Assembly (NCBI GenBank): GCA_965603825.1
Contig: CBFDEM010000038.1
Coordinates: forward strand, 372,001-436,000
Reading direction: 5' to 3'
Source of the DNA: Blepharisma stoltei ATCC 30299
Taxonomy: Eukaryota; Protista; Ciliophora
DNA length: 64,000 nucleotides
Shown here: in pieces, positions 36,801 through 49,075 of the stretch
How positions within the stretch are numbered: position 1 is the first letter of the stretch
Layout: every line of letters starts with the position of its first letter
Notes under the pieces: model-generated
Seen by the model: the letters and a program-made list of their open reading frames with translations, nothing else
What the model was told of the DNA's origin: nothing
Databases searched by the model: none
Translations under genes and position numbers: made by a program

Positions 36801-38133
36801 CTTCAATGTTCTTATTAGATCTCCATTCTTGAATGCTCCCTTCAATGCTGGAAGACACTGAATTAATTTTAGTTAGTTTTATCCTTGCCAGCCTTTCATC
36901 TTTCATAGCAAATAAGCAGTAATTTACTTCCCAAATCACAAGTAGCTTGTCTTTAGTCAGTTTTTTATTGTTATAGCATACTTGAAAATAATCAATTACT
37001 TGGGCTTTATTTTCTAATTCTTTATCCCATAATATTTTCCTTATGGTTTTTTCAAACTTATGTTGACTTGAAAAATCAATATCACATTTCTCAATATAAT
37101 CAAGACGAATATATACAATTCAGCAATTAATACCAATTAATATGGGTTGCAGGAAAAAAATAAGAATAAAAATAATTCCTGCATTATCCATGGCTGTTCC
37201 AAGTAAAAATACTAAGAATATTCATGCCACTGAAAGAACTTTGCAAGATTTTATTGCATTTTCGGCTTTATTATAGTATGATAGTTTTACTAATGATTCT
37301 ATAAACACTAAAATTGAAGCAGCCAGAAAAATCACTTGATACTTTGTGGTGTCTGAGTCTGCAAATAGCACATAAGAGATACTCATAAATGTCCTCAAAG
37401 TCAATAATTTTAAATCAAATGAAGAATGCGATCTTGTTGTTAAATTTTTGTCTTTAAAAAAGTGCCTAATATCTGCAGTAAATAATTCTCAAAAATACGC
37501 CATTAAAATTAAGTAAATCATAGCAAAAATACTAAAAATTGCTCCTCCAATTCCATAATCAAGTAGCTTGGGGTCTTTACTGTAAGTATATTCGCTAATT
37601 TTGTCACAATTAAAAGTTGAGTATTTAAATATCATTGAAAACTCAACTAAAGAAGGAATATACAGTAAAGTTACACAAAACGATAATAAATTCCGAAAAA
37701 CAAAAAGTAAAATCTTTGGAAACTTCATTTTGGCAAAGGCAGAAATTACCATTGCCGAAAACGTACTGATACAGAAAGCCACAATAGAAAGAATTCCGTA
37801 GAATCAATATTCAGAAATTTTAAATGCATCAGAAAGATCGTTGACGTTAAAGTAGCTTACAATATTTCAGAATGCGATATAGTGATTTCATCCTGAAATA
37901 CTCATATCAGGATGCCAAGCTAAGCCGATTATTTGAAGGCATATTACTGTTGATAATAAAACTTCAATCATTATTTGAGACTTTATTTTATAGCCCCTGA
38001 TATATTTGGACTTGCAAATTTTTCCAAATATTTTGAAAATTATAAGTTTTTGCTTCTCATAAAGCGATTTCTTGGCTTTAAATTTGATAGTTTTGGTAGT
38101 CTCAAAGAAGTTTTCAAGTGAGTCCAAGATCAT
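33886..38133 (-). CDS. Multi-pass membrane PAS-domain protein (TmcB-like), copy A (~1400 aa, 3 tiny introns)
   Basis: Eight ORF fragments lie in one frame, broken only by TGA or by 15-nt introns. There is an N-terminal TM bundle, a helical region (DERLARIKL), a PAS domain (GIITYINEKAAQLL...IPDPYSYNHDDHM) and further TM segments. Confidence 0.8.
35038..35052 (-). other. 15-nt stop-free intron GTAATTTTTATTCAG
   Basis: Same position as the stop-containing introns in copies B, C and D. Confidence 0.75.
35434..35448 (-). other. 15-nt intron GTAAGAATAACATAG
   Basis: In-frame TAG; position shared with copy B. Confidence 0.85.
35520..35534 (-). other. 15-nt intron GTAACCTTTAGTTAG
   Basis: In-frame TAG; removal gives NSSTRIANKY, collinear with copy B NSSTAIANRY. 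Confidence 0.85.
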
Positions 38134-38635
38134 TTAATTTATTAAAAAAATATGTGAATTGAATTTATTGCTTGTCTTCTTTCATATAAAACAAACCATA
38201 TAATCTATGTTTATTTGTGAATTATCGAATATATAAAATTCTTTGAACCATTTTAATTATCTTAGCTTAGATAACATATAAATGCTAAAAATAAAAAGCC
38301 ACAGCTAAATCAGGCTGATGTTAACATTATAGTTTATAAGGATTTGGATTATATCCACATAAAATTATTTATATTTTCTTAATTTAAAGATAGCGCTCTT
38401 CAAAATTTATTACAGTTGAAAGAAAATTTTAGATCATTGCTTTAGATTACCACACCAAATAAAAACCCAGGAAATTGCTTAATAAAATCTTAACCTATAA
38501 ACAATAATCATATTCTTCAATTAAAAGGGTTTAAACATGAAAAATGAGTTTCCTTATTAAATAATAAAAAATAAATTTATATTTTGATTATATTTAGCAT
38601 TCTATAAGCCAGATTTGTTAATTACAAATAATTCT

Positions 38636-41600
38636 CTAATGCTTCAATATTTTTTTATTTTTTAACTTATCAGTATCTATTTTTGTATTTGGAATTACTG
38701 ATGCTAAAACTTGTAGCTTTCTCAAAGACTTTTTCTCAAATGCAATAAAAGGCAAATAATACAGCAAAAAAATCAAAGCCAAAACTATAGAAAAAGCTAT
38801 ATTTACATAAATAAGCCAATTTACTTCTTGAGTTATAATATTTTTAGAATCTTGATCAATATCATCAAAATCAGATTCAAGCGCATATTGAAGCGCTGAT
38901 ACATTTCCTATATAAGCAGCATATTCAGGGATAGGTCTTAAGCCTGTTTTTGCAGCTATATTTATGGAATCTAAAAACATCAAATTTGAGGCAGCAAAGG
39001 TCCCAAATTTTAAATAAGCATTTTCCGAGTCTCAATTTTCAAAAATTCTTCTTTTCATATCATCTGACATTAATTTTAAAAAATTTTTTTGCCTGATATC
39101 ATAATTAGTGTGTTTAAATTCCATGCTTGTCCAGTTATATTCTGTTCTTGAATTCTTAAAACCATAAGAATTTGTATATCATAACAAATTGCTAGGTGAA
39201 GTGCAATCTCTAGCAAAAACACTCATACGGGATAATAATGATCTTTTATAAACCATATTATGAAGAAGCTTTGGCCTGTTTATTAAGGATTCTTCACACT
39301 TATCATATAAGTAAAATTTTGACACAGTATAATACGCAGATGAGATTGCTAAAATAATGCAAAGTCTCCATACAAATTTTAAATAAATTTTCGATTTTAT
39401 TTTCACATTCATTTTCTTAGGCCTAGCCATTTCAAAATTTCCATCAATCTCATAATTTATTCCATGAACAGTCACTAATCGTTCAATGCAGGCTCTTTTT
39501 AGCTCTAAGCACGAAAGAAAAGAAACTTTTTTAATAAAATTTCAAAATTCATCATAGTTTTTATTGATATTAATCACATACCCAATTAGCGCCCCCACAA
39601 AAATCATCAAAATACCTATCCCTAGGAACAGAAGCGCCGTAATATTTGTTCCGATTTCTTGTATCCTAACAGTTTCACAGTCAACTAAATTCTGCATTGC
39701 TGTACTTGCATACTGAAAAGTAAATCCCAGGCTATTAAGAACAATAAATTTTACCTCATTTAATGAATAATTTCCATGGCTTAATAAGTTATATAAGTTG
39801 TCTCCCTATATAAAAAATACATGGCTAATAAATTGTGCAATCCCATCAAATAAATTATATTTTGATATATGAGATGATGGGCTAAAAAACCACATAGGGA
39901 GAATATCTTCTTTTACAATTTCTGAGCTCTGGCAATAGCTTCATTCATCGTAATCAGATAATATAAAATTTCTTAATTCCTTTATATTGTTTATTGTATC
40001 CCCAAAAAGTCCGAAATCCCTTGTGAGGTTATAAACCCCATATCTTATTTCATTATCAATAGATCTTGCTAAGTCAGCTGAATTCATCAAATTATACATT
40101 AGGCTCCCAAAGGTAGAAAATACAGAAAGAGAGCTGGTATGAGAAGTGTCCTCATAAATATAAACTAAAATCCCAACACTTGTGCCGATTGCTGCTAAAG
40201 TCTATATAAAAAATACAGAAAATAATAAAATTCATTGGAAAAATTGTAATTTGTTTAATAAATTGTCAATGTATCTGTTTGCGATAGCGGTTGAAGAATT
40301 AGAAAGGCTGCTGCCTTGTGCGACTGAAGCTGACCGATCGTCAGCGACTTCAATGTCTTTTAAGTCATCGATTAGAGTATTGTCAAAGGCTCCATTAGTT
40401 GTAGTCTCTGGCTCATCGTCTAATGATTTAAGCGAAATTATTGTGTCTTTTTGCCGGCGAAATTTGACTTTTATTTGCTTAATTATTGAGTTTTCTGGGG
40501 ATGTATCGGGGCTGTTTTCTTCTTCGTCGTATAGTTGTGTGTTTTGGAAGTATTCAATTTGATCGTTATCTTGCCCATTTCTTCATAGTAAAAGCTCTTT
40601 TTCATCATGAACTATTACAAAAAGATGGATTATCGTGGTCTTGAATTTTTTTATAGTGTGGATTAATGCAATTTCTTGGCCTCTATGAAGGGTTATCCAC
40701 GGATCAAATATATTCATTTCTTGCAAATTTAAATTTGGCACAAACTCTGAAATCACGCTGTTACGGATATTTTGCGACCTCGACCCTATATAGTGTGGGA
40801 AGAGTTCTGTGTAGTTATATATAAGACCTTGCTCAGAAACAAGGCAAATTTGGCGACTTGTATGCCTCGGGCGCAAAGACACCAAAAAATAAGCAAGATT
40901 GCTAAATGCAGTTAAACGGATAAGAAATTTGCACTCTACAAGATATCCAACTGTATTTTGAAGAAAAAGCCCTCCTCGTTTAATAATTTCTGTGGACGTA
41001 CAATTTAAATAAAATTCCCTCATATATTCATCATGGCCCACACAATAAGGAAAAGGTATAAAATTATGGAACGGCATCCCTACTAGATCTGATACTGATC
41101 CTTTTAATATATGAGCAGCTTTTTGGTTTATATAAGAAATCGCTCCTAAATTGCTTGAATTTACTGAAATTAGGATAATTCCATTATTTTCTCCATACGC
41201 GCTTAAAAGTTTGTCTTCCCCTATAAGTGGATTGATCTCAGTTTTTATGCTGGCTTTTTTTCTATTAATAATATTTGCCTGCTCAGGTTCCCCTAAAATA
41301 TTGTCTAAAAATGTACTGTAAAGCTCAAAAATCTGTATATGCTTATGTTTCGCTATTAGTTTTTCATAAAAAGTTTTTATTTGTGTCAAAAGCTGTGAAG
41401 TTCGGATCGATAAACGATAAATTTTTTTATATTGCGGGAATTTTGAGGAAAATTCTGACCATAAGTCTATTAACGTGCAGCAAATTTCTTCGTCTTGGCG
41501 CTTGATTTTGTCAAGGTCATCTAAATATTCTAAATAATTTATGTCAGCAAGATCGTTGTCTCTTTCTTTAAAATCTTTTAAAGCTCTTCATTCTTGTATA

Positions 41601-42898
41601 TCCCCTTCTAGGCTTGAAGTGACTGTATTTATTTTTGTCAGCTTTATTCTGGCTAATCTTTCATCATTTAATATATATAAGCAAAAATTTACTTCTCATA
41701 TCACAAAAAGCTTGTTTTTTCTGAATTTTTTATTTTTGTAACAAATTGAGAAGGAATTTAGCACCTGAAGCTTGTCAGCTAATTTTTTGTCACATAGACG
41801 GTGCCGCATTGTTTTTTCGAAATCATATTGATTTTCATAGCTTATCGGCTGGGTTTGAAGTTGGTTAAATCTAGTGTTGATATATCTAGATATAATCAGC
41901 ACTAATGGAGGCTGTACGAAGATATTTAGCGCAAAAATAATTGTTGCATTATTCATTGCATTGCCTATAAGGAAAATTATAAGCCAAAAGACAATACAAA
42001 AATATCTGCAGATTTTTATTGTATTTTCGATTTTGTTGTAGTAAGGTAATTTTGATGTTCCTTCTAATGCAATTAAAGCTGAAAAAAATAGTAAAAATAT
42101 TTGGTATCACTCGATATTTTGTTTTCCTAATAAAACATAGACCAAACTTTCAGATGTCCTAAATACCAGCAGCTGAAGATCTAGAGAAGAATGAGAGCGG
42201 GTTGTAATTGATCTGCGTGCGAAAACATGCCTAATATCAACTGTTAAAAGCTCAGCAAAAAAAGCAAAAGATACTAAAAATATGATAAGAAAAATGCTAA
42301 AAATAGCACCAAAGACTCCATAATCAAGAATAGAGGAATCCAAATTATCAGAGAATTCTTCTATTTTAGAATAATTTAAGGCTGAATACTTAAAAGCCAT
42401 CGTAAGCTGAACTAATGAAGGGATATAAAAAATACTCACAAAAATCACAAGAGTTTTTTTTAATGCATATAAAAATAGCCTAGGGAGTTTTATATCAAAA
42501 ATATTTAATACAAATAGTAAAATCACTGATAAAATGCAAGCTGTCAGGACTGCTATGTTTGTATAAAACCAATATTCTGCTATTCCTAATTCTTGGGAAA
42601 GGTTATTGAAATCGAAATAATTAATAAAATTTCAAAATGACGAGTAATTATTTCACCCTTTCACACCCATATTTGGATACCAAGTCATAGAAATCATTTG
42701 TAGAGCGATTATTCAATTTATTAGCGATTCAAAAATTATCTGTGTTCTGAGTTTGCAGTTTAAGCTATATTTTGATTTGAAGATTTTCCCGAGTATTTTA
42801 AAGCAATAATTTCTTTTTTTTCGAAGAAAAGCTGAGTTTTGTTTTAAATTGTTTGCTTCTGTATTGCCAAATAATTTATCATGTGACTCCAGCAACAT
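38636..42898 (-). CDS. Multi-pass membrane PAS-domain protein (TmcB-like), copy B (~1410 aa, 2 tiny introns)
   Basis: Single frame with TGA=Trp; collinear with and closely similar to copy A. Confidence 0.8.
39806..39820 (-). other. 15-nt intron GTATTTTTTATATAG
   Basis: In-frame TAG; position conserved in all four paralogues. Confidence 0.87.
40202..40216 (-). other. 15-nt intron GTATTTTTTATATAG
   Basis: In-frame TAG; position shared with copy A. Confidence 0.87.
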
Positions 42899-43133
42899 TT
42901 CTTAGTGGAAAATTTAATTTATGGTTAATGGATAAATGGAGTTTATTTCATGTATTTTGAAACTCGCAAATTTAATTTTTATAATTAAACAAATCTGCTC
43001 TTTTCTAATTTTTTGGAATAAACTTATATAGAATGGAAAATCTTTATAATTGATGCTATTTAAGGCGATATAAAAACTTCTTATATATTAAATTTACATA
43101 AGTTTATTGCAAAAAAATTTGATAAAATTAATT

Positions 43134-46100
43134 TTACTCGAATTTTGCACTTTCAATCCCTTGATCTAGCTTAGAGCAGACAACTGCCATTAAAGTTCTC
43201 AATTTTCCTACAATTTCTAGCTCTTTTCTAAGAAAAGGAAGATAATATATACAAAATAAAAGCACTAAAGCCGCTGAATATGTGCTTGCTACATAAATTA
43301 GTAGCTTAAGCTCATAATAAATTGCATCTTTTGAGTCTTGATCAGCTAATTTATACTGGCTTCCAACAATTTCTTGCATAAGTGTGTAATGATCAACAAA
43401 GACATTTCTATCTTGTTGATTTGCATTATTTGAGCTTTCTGTCCAGTAAGCTTCTATTATTACAATATTTATCCCTGACAAACTTCCATATTTTATCAAA
43501 AATGAGTCTGAGTCTGATTTTTTAAAAATTTGCTCTTTTAAGCTTGCTGACATTATCGAAGAAAATTTGCTTTTCCTGATTTCTCTAATTTTTAGCTCTA
43601 AATTTTCGATGGTTTCATATAGACGTAATGTAGGATTTTTAAAGCCATACATATTTGGATAATAAATTGCTGTCCTTTGGTGGCTTGCATCTCGTGCAAA
43701 AAATCCTATTCTAGATATTAAGGCTCTAGTATATACAAAACAGCTAAGCAGAAGTGGACGATTCTTCATATCATTTAGGCAATTATTATAAAGGTAAACC
43801 AAAAATAAAAAATAAAATGATATCGAAATCAGCACAATTATGATGATTTTTTTTGAGTATTTAAGTAGCATTTTTGATTTAATTTTTTTTATAACGGCTC
43901 CTTTTCGATGGCCAGTTTGATTGCTGGTTTGTGGGATATCAAGTACACCGTGCGTGTTTATTAGTCTATCTATAGCTGTCTCTCTTAGTTTTTCATAAAT
44001 ATCCAATGTATTTTTTCTTATGCTTAATCAAAATTCATCATATCTTTTTTCTACAGAATACGCAAAATATAAAATAATCCCTGAGCAAATTAAGCTTATA
44101 AAAGTTCCAAATATCAATAAAAGGTAGACATTTTGGCTTGTGTTAGTTATTTTATTTACTTCGCAATCAATAAGACCATCTAATGCTTTACTGATATATT
44201 TATAGGAAAATTCCATACTGTTGATAATTAAAAATTTCAATTCATTATTATAATTTTCACCTGAATTAACAGCAGCAATAAGACTTGTCCCCTAAATGAA
44301 AATTACATGGCTTATAAATTCATCGATCATATTATAAAGATTGAGCGTTTTTAAATATGGCTGTCTTGCATTAAAATATCAAGCTGGAATTGTTTCTTCA
44401 ATCACAATTTTAGAACTTGAGCAATAGCTTCATTGATCATAATCATCTAATAATGAGTCTTTTAAATGAACTAAATTGTTTATTCCTTGGCTAAATAATG
44501 ATAAATCCCTTGAAAGATTATATAAATTATCAGCAACTCCAGCATCAATCGTGCGTACGAGTGTGCAATATGAGCTAATTTCAAATAAAATATCACCTAA
44601 ATGCTTGATAGTTTTTAACGATACTTCATGCGACACTGTTAAATAAACCAAAATAATAATTGCTACATAAGTAAGAATAATAGCGATTATTGATATAATC
44701 AAAACATATTTGAAAATTTTTAATGTTTTTTCTGAATTTTTAGCAAATTTTTTTGACATTTTTTTCCCATTTGCAGAAGATGCTGAATTCCATATAAGTC
44801 TTTGGGATGAAAGCAGCATTCTGCTACTAGAACTGCTAGAAGAACCATTATATTCATTATCAAAATTTGCTCTCGTATTTTTAAGATCTACCTTTAAATA
44901 GTCTTTTTCTTTTTCTAATTCTAACTCTTTTAATATATCATTTTCCCTGTAAGAATATTCTATAATATTTTCAAATGAGTATCCTTTTCTTATCAATTCT
45001 ATTTCTTCACTATCATGAAATATCGTTAAAATATGGAGAGTTGAAGACATAAAATTCACTTGGTTATAATAAAATACCAGCATTCTTCCATTAAATATTA
45101 AAAAATGCGGCTCATGTGTAGACCATCCTCAAAACTGTGGTAAAAAATCAGTAATAAGCTCGCCTTTGGCAATCTTTTTATTGCCAGTGTTGAATAATTT
45201 TGGAACCATTTGTGAGAAGGTTAAAATTATCCCGTTTTCTGACAGTAAAACTGTTTGTCTTGAAGATTTTGTTGGTAAAAGTAAAAGAAGCACATAAGCG
45301 TCGTCACTTGAGGTAGTCACAGTTGCAGTCATCTTGCACTCAATCAAATAGCCTTGGTAATCTTGCATAAACAATTTTTCAGGAAGTGGAATAAATGTTG
45401 TCGAGCAAGAGTTATAAAATTTTCGTAAATATTCTAAGTGGTAGTTGTTATAAGGCCATGGAATAAAGTCAATGAATTTATACTCTGCATTTCTGTAGGT
45501 GGGAACTTTTAAATAATGGATCATTTTTTCGTTCATGGAAGTTATATATCCAAAGGTATTTTTATTTAAGGATATTAAAAGTGCGCAAGTAGATGGTCCA
45601 AAAATATCAATCTTATAATAGTCTTTTATCACATTTATCATGCTAATAGCATTCTTCTTATTGAGAATTGCAATTGCTTCTTTAGAATCGCCCAAAATAT
45701 TATTCAAAAAACTACTGTAAAAATCAAAAACCTCAATATTTCTGTATTTGCTTGTAAGAGAGATATAAAGGTTGATAATATTTTCTACAGAATCTGAAAC
45801 TTTTATATCTCATATCTGATAAATTCTCATTTTTTATTTTTTTATCGATTTTCCATTTTTGCACACCGCCTTCTATTGTGGAATATAGATTTTTAATTTT
45901 TAAAAGTTTAACCCTTGCTAGTCTGATATCATTTAACGTATATAAACAAAAATTGGTTTCTCATATTACGTATAAATCGCTTTTTTTGATATTATTATCA
46001 TTTGAAAATTTTGAAAACATTTCAAAAATCAAATCTTTGTTGGAATCTTCATAATTAATTAATAAATTTCGAATTTTCAGTTCAAATTCTGATTGATTAT

Positions 46101-47154
46101 TAAAAGAATAATTTTGAATTTTGATTTGGTTTAATTTGATTCTCCTAATTGCTAAGGTCATTAAAATTGGCTGTAAAAATAAAAAAAATATGATAGTGAT
46201 AGAGGTATCATTGATAAATTCTGCAAAGAAAAAAGATAAAGAAGTCACTGAGAGGCTACACAGTCCACAAGCTTGAATAGAATTTGCGTAAGTGTTATAA
46301 TAAGGCATATTTTTTATAAATAAATAGGTAAAAATACTTGAAAAAATTGCTTGAAAACATTGCAAATACAGGACTGTGCTTTCATCAAAGCAGTAGTACA
46401 GAATACATATAAGCCCATAAAAAATAATGAGTAAAATGTCGAGCTCAGAATTAGATTTCGCTTTTATATTTCTTTTTGAGCTGGAATGACGAAGCTCTGC
46501 TGTGAGCATTTCATAAGAAATTGCAAAAATAAAAAAAAATGCAATATAAATAATGCAAAAAATTGCTCCATAGATCCCAATGCTAATACTCTTAAGATTA
46601 GAATTTGTGTCATATTTGGCTTGTTTTGTTTGAGTATTTGTCAAGTACTTAAAGCCTACTACTAGTATTGTCAAAATTGGTATAAAAGTAAAATAAGCTA
46701 ATGGGAAAATGAATTTTTGAGAGACCAAGACAATGTATTCAGGAGTGAATTTTCAATAAATTTTTAAAATTCCTAAGGATAATATTATAAATATCACATA
46801 AGATACATATGCGAAAACTCCATAGAAACAAACATCAAAAATATCAAAAAATTCGCAAAGATTTTCTATGTTAAAATATCCTAAACATTCCCAAAAAAAT
46901 TTATAACTGCTTCAATTGGTAATACTCATGTTGGAATATCAGCAAAAAGAATTCAATTGGAGCGAAAATATTATGCTAATAACCACATCAATGAAAATCT
47001 GTTTCTTTTTGTTCAAATTTGACATATAGCCTGACTTAAAAAGTGTCCCAAAAAAATCGTAAAATTGATATTTTATATTGGCTTCTGGTGATTCATGTTG
47101 AGATAAATCTTCATGTGAGTTTTCAGTGAAAAAGATTTCAGTTTTCTCAAGCAT
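43134..47154 (-). pseudogene. TmcB-like PAS membrane protein, copy C, with a frameshifting internal deletion near 45805
   Basis: The 5' and 3' parts are in different frames, and about 43 codons present in A, B and D are missing at the junction. Otherwise uninterrupted. Confidence 0.72.
44292..44306 (-). other. 15-nt intron GTAATTTTCATTTAG
   Basis: In-frame TAG at the family-conserved intron position. Confidence 0.85.
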
Positions 47155-47279
47155 ATTTATACCTCTTAATCAGTAAATAAAATAATTAGCATTCTTAGAA
47201 TAGTAAAATGATTTTTATATGAAAAATTATTGGATTAATGCATCAACTAACTAGTTTTATTACTCTTGTGTAAAAAGAG

Positions 47280-48399
47280 ATTTCACATGAAAATGGAAAA
47301 TTTATTTTGCCATCAGATTATTTTTAATAAATCAAGTTATAATGGCATAATTAGGAAAAATGCTTATGATTTATTTGTTAAATATAGAATTTATGTTTTT
47401 GAGTTGATTAAAAGCTTTATTTTAATGACATTTCTTTTTAATTTATAAGTGTGAAATCTCCATAAAATTATTAAGATGTCCTAGTAATATTTGAAAATTT
47501 ATAGTAAGCTCACCCTAAATGGCTAATCAATTATCATATTATAAATTGATTATGAAATTTTGTAAGTAATCAAAAGATAATTATTTGATAGTAATTAATA
47601 GAGAAAAATATTACTCTTATCTCAATATAAACTTAATCTGACATTATTCTGTCATCTTAATTATTTTTATAAAAACAATAAATTTGTATTATAAAAGCAA
47701 AAAATAAAACCCACAACATAAAAAAATATAACTACTGCATTGAGAAAGGCAAATCATTTTCGTGCAATTTCAGAAGTGCAAGAATCAATTAAATATAATT
47801 TAAGAATATCAATAATCTTTTGTAACTTTGTTTTAAATGGATAGTCAATGCATGGATGAGTCTTTAGCCTGCACTAAAAAAAAGTCTCACCATAAGCAGC
47901 TATAAAAATTGTTGATAGAGGAATTGGCTTGAAGAATGACCTTCTGGCTCACCTAATGACTTTTGGTTTACGAAAATGATTTTTGGTGAGCCAGAAAGCC
48001 GATTCCCTCATCAGCAATTTTTATTGCTGCTTAGTTAGGCTAGATGATGCATATAGAATATTAAAAACTTTCTCACAAAAAATTACAAAATTCTCTTGTC
48101 AGTTATGCTTAGTTAAAATTTATTAGGTATTAATGCCTTATATGTGAATAAATAAAATATGCTATTCAGAACTGATAAAGACTTCAAAATGAGGAGATGC
48201 TTCATGCATTAAAGCCTATTTAAAATTAGCTCAAAATGACTGAAGATATCTATTATAATCTGCGCCATATAGAACTGCTTAATTTTTATTTAAAAAAATT
48301 CATTAAATTTTAAAAATCATTAACTATAGCCCTTTCCCGGCTATACATCTCAATCATCAGAACTAATGGAAAAGAAATTTCACATGAAAATGGAAAATT
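47280..48399. repeat. Direct repeat pair: identical 23-mer ATTTCACATGAAAATGGAAAATT at 47280-47302 and 48377-48399, with degenerate similarity continuing ~170 nt downstream of each
   Basis: Exact 23-nt match; downstream shared blocks TTATGATTTAT, GACATTT and TGAAATCTCC occur in the same order. Confidence 0.75.
47848..48052 (+). repeat. Long imperfect inverted repeat / hairpin (candidate ncRNA or MITE relic)
   Basis: Perfect 12-bp stem 47942-47953/47985-47996, extended by paired blocks out to 47893/48033, with weaker closing blocks TAGCCT/AGGCTA and ATGCAT/ATGCAT. Confidence 0.75.
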
Positions 48400-49075
48400 A
48401 GACTCAGAAATTTTATTTAAATAGGATTAAAATTTTAGTATCATTATTATGCAAGTTGCTAATAGCAAATTTTTATGATTTATCTACTAAATATCAAATT
48501 CTAGGACATTTATTTACTACTGCCTGATATGAAATCTCCTTTAAATACTTCAGATTCATATATTATTCCGTATATTGAAAATAAATATCATTAAATAATG
48601 CTTCTTATAAGCATTAATTATTTATATTAATTATTTTATAGCCATAATTTAAATATAATAATTGATAGGAATAGGAATTAACTTTTAGCATTTTTATAAA
48701 TTAGAATGCAATATATCGAGTTAGAGATAATAAACTAAAATAGTAGCAATGTAGCTATTAAGCAGCAATTTATAAGTCTCATACCATGATTGGCACTCTT
48801 AGCTAGCCAAGTTCTTTAGCAGATGCTTCAAAATTTAATTAAGCTTATTAAAGCATGGAACTTGATATATTAAATAATTTATTAAAATTACTGAAATCAA
48901 ATAATAATAAATTAATAAGAAAAAGATTCCTAAACATTGAATTCTGATTTTAAATTCTTTGTCTATCCTTAGAATAATTTTAAAATTGCTTCCTTATTAA
49001 GCAGATTTTTAAAGCGACAATATAAAAATTCTAATAAATCTGCTATGTAAATATTTGGAAAATAATAAAAAATAA

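Noticed and set aside
47954-47984. SECIS element (AUGA...UGA quartet)
   Set aside because: The upper helix is only ~4 bp, there is no apical AA motif, and there is no upstream selenoprotein gene on that strand.
48006-48016. Hammerhead ribozyme core (CTGATGAG on the minus strand)
   Set aside because: No GAAA follows the potential stem II.
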